From: Basidiobolus meristosporus CBS 931.73 | Lineage: Eukaryota; Fungi; Basidiobolomycota | Direction: 5' to 3' | DNA length: 47,368 nt | Assembly (NCBI GenBank): GCA_002104905.1 | Contig: MCFE01000673.1 | Span: forward strand, 1-47,368 | In this document: piece after piece, positions 22,535 through 33,829 of the stretch | Layout: the number at the start of each line of letters is the position of its first letter | Position numbering within the stretch: the stretch's first letter is position 1 | Made by a program: the position numbers and the translations under genes | The notes under the pieces: generated by a model | Databases searched by the model: none | The model's input: only the letters and a program-made list of their open reading frames with translations | What the model was told of the DNA's origin: nothing

Positions 22535-23397
22535 TGTAGTGGTATATATGTCCAGGAGAGAGATACTTCTAACACTTCTCATATGCTTGGTGTGTGGGGT
22601 GCTCACTGGGTACAATAACCTCTCTATTTACTCTAATGTGAGGGCAAATAAAGCCATAAGCTTGTCAACTGAAAAACATTGAGCTACAATATCCAACTTA
22701 GTTGGCATCTTAACCAAAGTATGTGCTGAGCTCAGTGTCCTTTGAGATGACAGTGTACTAAAGCTTGAAAACTCAAAACAACTGTAAGCTCCTCCAGCTG
22801 GGACTTCATAAGAATGCAGCTATGGTCAATAGTTACAAAGACAGAGAAGTTTCTTTGCCTGTACAAGAAGAAACTTGGGAAAGAATCAAACATAATAAAA
22901 GATACCTGCTCTGAGGATTTCTCATAAGTAGTGCCTCCAAGGTCAGTTGGCTGTTAGTGCAGTTTCCTGGGAGTGTCCTGTGGTCAAAGTTCTGAGCTCA
23001 GGTAGCAGCAGGTAGCATTGATTATGCCAATCAACAAGTTGGCATATTGAAAAAAGAAATGAAGATTTGTTGTTAATGAATCGCAACACTTATAAACTTT
23101 CCTCATTGGCCAAGTGATTAATGATCATGATGTTCTAGAAGATTCTGGAGGTCAATAGAAATCTTAATGACCTCAGAATGAGCAAAGGATGTTCTAAGTA
23201 GATGCTGGAAGGTTCAAAGAAGCACATCACTTCTACCCAGTAGGGATCAGTATTATTAGACCAGTGTAACATAGGGATACCATATATGGAATGAAAATGG
23301 TAGGGATGGTGACATGGTTTAATTATGTGTCACAGGTCCTGGCAATTACTTGCCTACTATAGGAGCACCTACATCTAGTAATTTTACATAAAGTAAA
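22535..23397 (-). mobile_element. LTR-A copy #4, antisense, truncated
   Basis: Begins TGTAGTGG after GCAT; homologous to 15412-16310; fused to an LTR-B piece. Confidence 0.85.
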
Positions 23398-23468
23398 GCT
23401 AAACATAGAACTAATTGATTTGACTAAGAACTGATCTGACTTAAACATTCAAGCAGTAGATCATAACA
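23398..23468 (-). repeat. LTR-B terminal fragment
   Basis: CTAATTGATTTGACTAAGAACTGATC...AAGCAGTAGATCATAACA matches the reverse complement of 40651-40720. Confidence 0.8.
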
Positions 23469-23569
23469 TACACAAATGCTTGCACTGATCATCATTGAGG
23501 CTTTAGCTGCTCCATATTTGCCTTTTGACAGATCAGGGGCTGACTACTAGTATTTCTTAATATAGGCTG

Positions 23570-23901
23570 TAGATGCTTTAGCTTTCAGCAGTGCATTAGA
23601 AATTTGTTTCCAAAAATTGCAATTAAAGACACTTTGTACATTCTTTGAATGATTTGAGGCTTTGTCTCCTGCACTCTTAGGAGGGCATTCTTCTCCTATA
23701 CCAACATCCAAGGATTACTTTCTTTAGCAAGATCTTCATGTTCAACTTTCAGACTCAGGAATTATATCCATCCTGCTTTTCAGCAAAGGGAAACATTTCA
23801 ATAATAGCAGTAGTAGGTATTGCTAAGAGTGACAGCTTGGGGCTGAGAAGCAGTTGTAAGAGCTTTGAAGATATAAGAAATGACTGGGGGGAACAAGCAG
23901 A
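23570..23901 (-). pseudogene. gag: Copia gag 5' fragment, degenerate PBS and LTR end
   Basis: Homologous to 11830-12175. Confidence 0.75.
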
Positions 23902-26900
23902 TGTCCCAAGTCTTGATATATTGGTTGTGCAGGAACAGGGAGTTTAGCTAATATTGTATTTACTGAAACGTGAACTGAATTTTATTGAGGTTCCAGCAGC
24001 TCCATATATACATTTTGCCAGAGCAATTTCTGACTAATTGTATTTCTTGATGTCATTATGGCAGATGACTCATTTGAATGCATAATCAGCACCCAATTAG
24101 CTCTTACTTAATATATCTATTTCTCTGTGATATTGATTGGCTAATACTTCTGCTGACTATTACTACTAATCTGACAGATAACACTGTTATATTGATAGGC
24201 TAAACCTAAAACTAATTGATTTGACCAAAAACTGAACTAATCTATACATTCAAGCAGCAGATCATAGCATTCTTCTCTACTATAGTTGAGAAGGCTCTCC
24301 TGATTCTCTTTCTTCTAAATACAATATTTTGATGCCTCAGTATTGTTGGCAAGTCTAGCAGGCTTGAGTCTGTCTCTATGGACTAAATATTCCTGGATGT
24401 TATCTATCCACTATTTGGTAGGTTCTAAATGGACATTCTCTGATGATCTTGAAAGGTCCTGTCCATTTTATTTCAAACTTGTTCCAAGTGCTGATTCTCA
24501 GCAATACAGAGTCCCCAACTGTCAATGCTTCTTGTGATATTGTCTTATCAAATCTCTGCTTCATCTTTTCTGCACTTTGAGATACTTTGTCATGTGCCTC
24601 CTGAGGTCTTTGTTCTGGCTGCTGTTGTCTACTTGGCCAACTGAGTTCATCTTCTAAGGCCTCTGTAAGCTTTAGTTGTATGAGATCTCCTAGAATCTTT
24701 GGTTCACATCCATATACTAGGTAGTATAGCAATTATTCAGTGGTGTTGTGCACTCTAACTCAGCAGGCAAAAAGTGCTTGATCTTGATACTCATCCTATG
24801 CACTGACAGCTGCATTTGCATACTTAGTCAGCATTTTTCCTAATAATCCATTCAACTACTCAGTGACTCCATTAGTTCCAGCGGATATATCAGGGTTTTC
24901 AGCTGTTTGATCTCCTGCATTTCTAGGTAAGCTTGCATGTACTTGTCATCAAGTTCACTCCTCTACCAGATAAAATCTCTACAGGAAATTCATACTTCAT
25001 AAGGATCTCATGGTAGATGAAACTTGCAACATCTTGGCCACTGGCTACAGGTACATCCTTAGCTACTGACCATTCAGTGCCATGGTCAATTGTTACTAGG
25101 ATTCATCAGATGCATCTCCTGGTAATTGGCAGTCTTCTGATAAAGTCAATTCCCCATCTTTCAAATGGTCTTACAGGCTCCAGGGGAAAGAGTTCAGCAA
25201 TTCTCAATGGTTGGCCTTGGTTTATTTGGCAACTTGGGCATGTTTTCACTAGCTTCTCAATATCCTGTTTTATTCTGGGTCACAATTCTCTGGTTTTCAC
25301 AAGGATTTAGGCTCCTTGAATTACAAAATGTCCATATCCATTATGTGGCATATGCAATAAATCCAGGCAAGCAACATAAGGGCAATAGGCAATAGGGCTT
25401 CCATCAACAGTCTTGTAAGGTGTTTCATCAAGTACTACAACTTTGCAGGCTTCATCCCGGATTATCTTTCTGATCTCTTCATCCACCTCATTAGGAATGG
25501 CATGGTTTTCCAGTTACTCTAGTAATAAGCTAGGCCTATCTGATTCATGCACAAAGTTGAGTTACGCATTTTGCTCTAGTCTGGATAAGGCATCAGCAAC
25601 TGTGTTGTTTTTCCCAGGGCAGTAGACAGTCTCCAAGTCAAATTGCTGAATGTATTCACTCTATCTTGTCATACTTCTGAATAGTACCTTCTGAGTAAAT
25701 ACATACTTGAGTGAGGCATGATCAGTCCTTACATTGCTCCGGACTCCTTCAGTATAACATCTTCAGGCCTTCATGCAGTGTATTATGGCAAGCATCTCCT
25801 TCTCATGCACTGGATAGCTTTGTTCTGCTGCATTCAGCTTCTTAGACTCAACAGCAATTGAGTAGTACTTTCCATCATGTCCTTGGCTCAGTACCCCTCC
25901 AATTGCATAATTTGAAGCATCTGTGCACAGTGTAAACTCTTCTCTGAAGTATAGAATTCTTAAGCTTGGCAGCTTAGCAACTTCATTCTTGAGCATCTGA
26001 AATGCTGTGTCACAGGCTATGTCCCAATTCAAGGTATTTTTTTTGTTAAGAAAATCAGTTAATAGGGTTGCAATACTTGCAAAGGACTTGACCAATCTCT
26101 GATAACAGGAAACCATTCCAAGGAATGAGCTGAGTTCTGATATGCTATGGGGCTGCTTCAGATTCTTGATGACTTCACCATCTTGAAGTCTAAGGTAGCT
26201 CCTGTACTAGTCACTGTGTGTACCAGTTATTCAAAATGCTCCTTCATGAACTGACACATTACTAGCTTGTCATGCAGCTTGTTTGCTCTAAGCCCCTTCA
26301 AGACCTTTACAATGTGCATCAAGTTTTCCACTTCTGTCTTGCTGTACATCAATATGCTTTCTAGGTAGATTACCGCAGACATATCTAATCACACCTGGAA
26401 GACTGTTTGTATAAAGGTCAAGAATGATCCAGGGCTATTGGTAAGGCCAAATCCATGACTAAGTACTGCTAGTGTCTATATCTGGTTTGGAATGCTGTCT
26501 TAAGAATGTCTTCTAGTTTCAACCTGATCTGGTTGTATCCTGACATGAGGTCAATTTTGCTGAGTATAGTTGCTCTGTTGAGTTGATCCAAAAGCTCCTC
26601 AATCCAAGGTATGGGGTACTTATTCTTCATGGTTGCTGGGTTGAGGGCCCTGTAGTCAATGCACATCCTAAGAGCTACATTGCTCTTTTACACAAATGAC
26701 ACTGGTGCTCCCCAAGTTGACTTGCTGCATCTGATATATCCTTGCTCCAATAACCACTGTGTATGTCTTTTCATCTCTTACAACTTCAATGGACTCATTC
26801 TGTAAGTTATCTGACTTGCAGGAGGGTTATCTCCTGTGTCAATGGCATGATCCATGTCTCTTGCTGATGGTAGGCTTACAAGATTATCTGGAAACATGTC

Positions 26901-28457
26901 TGTATATTCTTTCAGAGGAGTCTGCGCCTTCTGGGGTGCTGGAGTAGGGGAATCCTCCTGTAATACTGCCATGAGGAACATCTGGGTACCTTTTTGAAAT
27001 GCTCTACAGGAATGTGTCTTGCTTAGTTCACTTGTTACAATTACTGGAACTGACAAAGCTGAAATCCAGTCTTATTATTCTTCATTCTTACTGGCTAAGT
27101 AATAGTGTTGATTATGTGAGAGTTCCCATCAGTTTTTGAGACTAAAGTTGATTTGGTGGGTTTCAAGTTGATTTCAGCTTTCAAGGCATATTGCTCTGAC
27201 ATGTACTCATGCAATACTCCTGAGTCAATTATAATCTTGGCAGGTCCTCCTTTGATTACTCTATTCAAGTTCAATAGCTTTCCTGAGTCCAAGGTCATTT
27301 GGATAGGTATTTTTTTGTCATGTGGTGGTTGAGTTCCAAGTCCTCTTTGAGCTTGTCCTCCATATTACTATGCTTCAGGGCTTCAATATTGCTGAAGATT
27401 CTTGTTGACTGGTGTCTATTCCTTCTCTGAGGGCAGTACTTTGCAATATGTCCTTGCTGGTGGCAATTAAAGCAAAGTCCTTTCTTCTTGCATTCTTCTG
27501 AGGTGGGATTCTTTTGTATAGTCTCTGTTGCCATTGGCACTTCCTCTGATTGACTTCTCACATAGTTATTATGGCCACTCTGATTATTCAAAGTAGGCTA
27601 CCCAACTATAGACATAGCTGAGTTTTAATCAATGGCAATCTTGATGGCTTCTTCAATATTGTGCAGCCCTCAATAGTTTGTTACAAGTTTTGGTATAAGA
27701 GTTGTAGAGGAATAGGGAGTTTAGCTAGTATTGTATCCACTAAAACTTGAACTGATTTTTATTGAGGTTCCAGCAGCTCCTTATATACATTTTGCCAGTT
27801 CAATTGCTGACTAATTGTATTTCCTAATGTAGGTTGTGGCTAATGACTCATCTGATTGCATCATCATCACCCAATAAGATTCTACTTAATATATCTATTT
27901 CTGTCTGATAAGGATCTGCTGATTCATTTGCTGACTAATGCTACTGATTCAACAGATAATACTGATATACTAATAACCTAAACATATACTATTGATTTGA
28001 CTAAAAACTGATCAAACTTAAACATTCAAGCGGCAGATCATAACAAGTTCACTTCCTTGCAAATTATTTCTTTAGCCCTTCAATACAGTATTCAACTTGA
28101 GCCCGGGGGTCCAATACTTCAATGTGCCCAAGCAGACATCTATATTCATAGATGTACTCTTCAACCATTCCTTTCTGTCTGATTGTCTTCAACTTCCTGC
28201 TTAGTAGTGTTTGCCAATGTGGAGGTTCAAGAGCATCCAGAATTGCAAACACATGCTCATCCCAGGTAGAAATTGAAGAGCATCCCATCATAATGGCTGA
28301 CCTGATCTTGTTGCGGTGTTCCAGTAATGCTGCATCTGCTGAGGCAGACTATGCATAGTGCAACCTGATTTCTGGAGCAATTTCCTTAGCCTCAATAGCT
28401 TCTTTAATCTGCAAGAGCCATACTTCCAGGTTTTTATTGACTCTACCATGGTACAGG
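23902..28457 (-). mobile_element. Gypsy-B copy 1, degenerate (3' LTR 23902-24269, PPT, IN, RH, RT, PR, gag; 5' end lost)
   Basis: Colinear with 36665-41019; PPT AGTAGAGAAGAA next to the LTR; [40 protein letters not shown] motifs. Confidence 0.9.
27679..28045 (-). mobile_element. LTR-B solo LTR (367 bp) inserted in the gag of its own family
   Basis: TG...CA ends; 4-bp TSD AGTT (27675-27678, 28046-28049); the gag sequence resumes on both sides. Confidence 0.88.
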
Positions 28458-28573
28458 TGTAGTGGGGTCACAGTGACACCCTCTGACAAATGTGCTCATT
28501 CCTTTATTTTCTACTTTCCTATTTTTTCTACTACCCTTATATCAGTTTTATCTCATATATTTTACTTGATCAG
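28458..28573 (+). mobile_element. LTR-A copy #5, first ~115 bp only
   Basis: TGTAGTGGGGTCACAGTGACACCC...TACTTGATCAG matches the LTR-A start. Confidence 0.85.
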
Positions 28574-30050
28574 CTAGAGAACAAGGTACTCTCAGATCAA
28601 GAGAGAACTGCTGGGAGCTGTGAAGATGCTAAGGAAACTGAAGTCACAGCTTTACATAACACATTTCATCCTGGAACCAGATGCCAGGCCACTGATAGGA
28701 ATGATGTATAAGCCTGACTCACCTGATAATGCCACTAATCAATGGATGGCATGGCTGAAGATGTTTGACTTTGAGATCAGACATATCCCTAGTGAGACAA
28801 ATGTTGTGGCTGATGCATTATTCAGGAAAGGACCACAATTGTTTAAGAATTTGGCCCCCACTTTCCCAAGAGTGAACCACCTGGAGCTTGATCATTCAGT
28901 ATCTAAGGACACTCAAGAAGCCTAGCTGGATGGAACCTCATGAGTTCAGAAAGCTAAGAAAGAAGGCTCACCACTACTATCTCATGGATGACTTTCTCTT
29001 TAAATGTGTTGTGCATGGACTTACACCAGGAAGGGTAGTCACTACAGCAAAAGAGCAACTGAGCATCATGACAAGTGTCCTACAAGGAGAACCAGGAGGA
29101 CATAGAGGACAAGAAGCTACCTACAATACCACAGCTTGGAGGTACTACTGAGAAAACATGTACTATGATATCCAACACTTTGGTGAGTCATATGTAGCCT
29201 ACCAGAAGTGATCATATAAGTGTTATAAAGAGTCATTGCATCCTACTTACACAATCTGTCTGTGGCAAAAGGTTGTTATTGACCTTGTCCACATCCCAAT
29301 AGCTGGATCAAAGAAATACCTGATTATTGCTGGAGGTGACCTTAGTAGATGTGCAGAAGCTTGAGCCTTGCCCAACAACCAGAGCCATACCATATGGAGA
29401 CTTATACTTGAAGATATTATATGAGATTTGGCTGCATCCAACAACCTATTGCTGATAGAGGAGAGATGACATCCCAAATGACTCAGGAGCTGTGCTCAAA
29501 GCATAAAGTACATATTGCTTCTACTGCAGCTTACCATCTTCAAACCAATGGAATGGTAGAGAGAGGCCATGGATCACATGTGAACTCTCTAGTAAAGACC
29601 TTCAAGAACAATACAACACTGTGGCCACAGCAGTTGCATCTAGCAATCTGGGCAGATTGGAGTACTACTAAGAGAACAACTGGATTATCACCATTTAAGC
29701 TACACTATGGACATGACTGTATACTAGCACTTGAGTTAGACACAGCCACTTGGAACTCATTGGAATGGAAATCTGATACGCACACTGAAGACCTCCTAGC
29801 CACTTGTATACAGCAACTTGATCACCATGACTTAAATATCAACAGAGCTGCTTAACAACTTGAGGATGCATGGCTGAAGAACAAAGTACCCTTTGATAAG
29901 CCATACTCAACAAGACCAAAGCCACTCTTAATAGGAGACCCAGTCTTACTTTATGATTCAACCTTCAACAAACAATGAAGTTGGTAGTTTGACAACCAAT
30001 GAACTGGCCCCTACCTCATTTCCAAACTGATTGGAAATGGAAGTTATTAG
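28574..30050 (+). pseudogene. pol: Ylt1-like Ty3/gypsy pol fragment: RNase H end and integrase
   Basis: YSQIKRELLG, EPDARPLIGMM..PD, W.AWLKMFDFEIRHIP; GGHRGQEATY; YHLQTNGMVERGH; LAIWAD; TW..LEW...TEDLLA; TGPY. Confidence 0.85.
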
Positions 30051-30896
30051 ACTTGTTCCATTGTACTGTGCCAGGGTGTGCAGCATGATCAGCAGTCTCT
30101 AAGAACACTCAGTTGCAATACTGTAGCTACCAGTAGGCAGGATTGCTCTTGGACTATTTTGCACCATGCGGGACAATTTTGCATGCTATGACACAATCTG
30201 ACACATTGATGTTGGCATGGATAATTGCACCAATGTGTAATGTTTGCATCACATGTGCAATTGGATACTGCTATTATTGTAGGTAAAATCCTGGTATTTG
30301 GATATGTTTCTTCAAGGTAAATGGAAATTAATGCGTATCACACTATAAACTACACTGATACTTACAATTTTGGTTACCATCACTCCAATTGGATGGTATC
30401 TCAGTGATTAATTGGTCCAAAAGTATCCTGGAGCTGTCAGCCCCAAACTGGCTCTGACCAGTACACAAGCTACCTGATTTGCCTTCAAGTATCCCATTTT
30501 GCCCATTGAGCAAGTAAATCCTTGATCCTAGTGATAGGACAAGGTGTCATAGCTAGCATGCAACCAATTAAACAGGTGCAAAACAGATCAAATGGCTGCA
30601 CTGGTGCAACAAATATAAATATGCAGGTTGTTTATTTTTAGGAGCTCTGTCTCAAATCTGAGACAACCTTGATATTGTTTATATTCAAAATTTAGTGATC
30701 ACTGATTTGCAATGACTTTATTTGGATTGCAAAAAAAATGCATTGACTGGATCATTACAAATAATAGCAATTCAATGCAATAGCATTATCTTCTTGTAGA
30801 TTTTTTTCCCACAAGGATTACTACTGAAGCACTTGGTACCAATTCACTTTACACACCAAAACTACTTCCTTGCAGACTATCCTCTTGGCTACTTAT

Positions 30897-32033
30897 TTAT
30901 TTGTAGACAGTATTTTGCCTCCTAGTTGATGAGTGCAATGCTGCAGCTTGACCATGCTTAATTGCTCTGGATGATGTTACTGAACCAGCCTGCAATGCTA
31001 TGTGCTGATGCGTTCTTTTACTTGCCAAAGGCTCTGGTGGTGGAGGCACTTCATATGGGTCATCATCAGTCAGTTCACCAGAAGAAACTTGCCAATAGTC
31101 ATGTGTAATGGGACATGCATGTGCAACTTGATGTGCTGGCATGTCCCTTTGCTGAGTTTGATGTGATGCTGCTTGTTGACACTACTGGGCCTGCTCCAAT
31201 GCACTTATGTCAAAATGAGCAGTTTGGAGAGTTCTGGTGGTATTGCTCTGAAGTGTGCACAATTACCCATCATGTGCTGACTTGATGTGGGGCACTTTTC
31301 TGAAGAGTGTTGGTATAGTATGGACTGGCATGCTCTGGCATGCTGAAGTTGCAAGGGATGGTAAGGAATCAACCAAGGCATGCTGGCGCAGCCTAGTCAC
31401 TGTTGCTTGCGGTTTGTATTCTTTCTCTTGAGGCTCACCTTATGATTCCTTAAGGTATTCACTTACCCTCTGTCTGATACTTTGGAACTGTTGCCTGGAT
31501 GAGTCCTGTATACATTGCTCTTGGAAGCCGCTTAGCCCTAATAATATATAATGTAATACATTAGTCATTTGAGGCAAAAACTCATTCAAAATCTCTTTGG
31601 TTCCCAAAGTTGAGGCACAAACAGACACATTTGGCCTATACTGCGCAAATTGCGTGTAAAATCATTCCTGCCTGGCTTCCTCATCAAATCCCCTCACTCT
31701 CAGCTCATTCTTGATTTCAATACCTCTCTTGTTATATATCTTCTTACATACATCTGCTGGCATCTCAATATAGAGCTCATGCCACAGCTTTCTACTCAGG
31801 TTCATCCATCTCTGTCAACTCCCTGAGGTATCTAGTTCTGCTAGATTAATGAGATGTGCCCAAATATTGGTATGTAGGCTCATCATAGACAATTGGGCCA
31901 TACTAAAATCCTTTGGTAAGAACTCTATAAGATCTTCCATTGTCTTCTCCGGTCTGGACTGCACTTGTGAACTAGGGGATGGGTTTTGTCTGGGTTGTAC
32001 TACAGATGAGTTGAGACTTAGTATAGGGACCAA
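30897..32033 (-). pseudogene. Harbinger-associated partner ORF (~380 codons, several stops), unknown function
   Basis: Track ORFs 31815-32033, 31440-31628 and 30897-31142 join through stops; conserved with copy A. Confidence 0.6.
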
Positions 32034-32391
32034 AGTGATGGATTTTGATACTTTTATGATATTGTATTGGTATCAACCTGGTCTTAAAAGAAGTATATAT
32101 GAAAACTAATGTGATTGTTGAGTTTTCCATATATCATTCATGATGCATCATGGATTGCATTAACACAGATTGGATCCCATCAATTGCAGATTTCCTATTT
32201 GGTTATAGACTTGGGAGTAAAGTGTCAATAAAAATACTAAGTCATTGTTTGAGGATAATTTTTGCTACATAATGAAGGGACATATGGCAATTGATGGAGA
32301 TTTAATCATAATGCATAGAAAATCAGATAAGTAAGGTGACTGTGCCAAATTAATTCAACTCACCCCAGCCCAATCACCTACCAATTCTAAT

Positions 32392-33161
32392 ATGACTTAC
32401 TCATCTGAATGGTCCCCTCCCATCAATCCCATTACTAACACTGGATTTCCTTTTCACACACGGGAGGAGATCTATACCAAGTACTGTGATCCATCTACCC
32501 CAATCTACTCAAGGAGATCCCTTGTTAGGATTCTCTGCTACTACAAGAACTATTGCCCCATAAGGTTTCATCCCACCAGCAATGGCAAGAAAAGTCCTGG
32601 AAGCTTTCATTCACAACTGATAGCAATGTATGATTACCTTGCAGAGGGTATGAATGACTTTGAGCAAGTTTTGAATACTAGATCCAGAAGCTCCAATAGA
32701 ACTCCATATCCTAGAGTGTGAGCAACAGGTTCCATTTAAGGAGTATTTTGGATACTTTCCAAGTCAGGATTAACAGACCTTTGAGTGGGCAGAGACTATT
32801 TTATTCTGGCAAGTACAAGGAACACTGTGTGCAGTTTCAAGCACTGTCTGACATTGAGGGTAACATTATATGGTTTAGTGGGCCATTTGCTGGAAGTAGG
32901 CATGACAAAGCATTCTGGGTAGCAAATCATCCAGATTTCAGTAGTGGAGACAGATATATGGCAAACTTAGCTTATATTGGAGAGGATTGTCAGAGATTAG
33001 GATGTATTAGGGCATATATGAAGCCAAGGAATGGTGAGCTTAGCAGGAAGCAGAAGCACTTCAATAAGATATCTGATCATTTCAGAGTGAGGGTAGAGCA
33101 TACATTTGGATATCTGAGATTACTCAGCATATTGGCTGGTAAATACAGAGGAAAGTCATAA
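32392..33161 (+). pseudogene. PIF/Harbinger (DDE_Tnp_4-like) transposase
   Basis: LDTF.V.I.RP..QRLFYSGK.K.H.V.FQ, SGPFAGSRHD, MANLAYIG, KP..GELS..QK.FN, RVRVEHTFG.L..L.IL..KYR. Confidence 0.88.
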
Positions 33162-33369
33162 ATAGGAGAAAACAGCAGTATAGGTAAAATAGTTAAGATA
33201 CTCATCAACGCACAGTATATTCTTACAAGAAGATATTCACTGAGAGAAATGTATCTGGAGCCTTATGATGAGTAAATAAAGCAAGGAAAGCACTATTCTG
33301 AGCAACATAAGTAAAAATAAATCAAAGTACCAGTAACTATTTCCTACCACTGGCAATATGGTCAAGTCT

Positions 33370-33441
33370 ATAGTGCCAGATAGTGCTGTGGAATACAGAT
33401 TGATCTGGTGCTATAAAAAGGCTGGCACTATATGGCACTAT
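33370..33441. repeat. Inverted repeat of tandem GCACTAT motifs (16/17 match, ~38-bp loop); candidate DNA-transposon terminus
   Basis: ATAGTGCCAGATAGTGC (33370-33386) versus GCACTATATGGCACTAT (33425-33441). Confidence 0.65.
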
Positions 33442-33829
33442 CCAACAGAACAAGTCTAATTTATATCTGAGCTTGACAGCACCCAGCTGAGAGCACCAGT
33501 TGCAGGTAACCAACTTGAGTTACCCTATGAAAAGCAATTTGGTCCCACAGGTGGATCCAATCTGGATCAGCTATCAGGATCCTGCTTGGAGACCACACTG
33601 ATACCAGCAGCTTAGAACTAGTGACCCTCTTAATAATGTATGGCAGGATCCTGATGGCATTTTGCTAATTTTACTGCCAAATAAAGTTATAAAAACTTAA
33701 CAGGGTGTGATTGGTGCCAAGACAATATTTGCATGGCATTGTTGCAGTTATAATGTGCTCAACACCTATATTAAATCAATCTAAATGGCCAGGACATTTG
33801 ATTGCGTTATATAGCAAACATCTTGACAG

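Larger units (their letters stand above)
30850..33300. mobile_element. PIF/Harbinger-like element, copy B (partner ORF on minus, transposase on plus); termini not resolved
   Basis: DDE_Tnp_4-type transposase with a divergent second ORF; paralogue at 21000-22534. Confidence 0.8.

Noticed and set aside
4447-28049. Shared AGTT in the TSDs of Gypsy-G (GAGTT) and LTR-B (AGTT)
   Set aside because: One site each from unrelated families; indistinguishable from chance.
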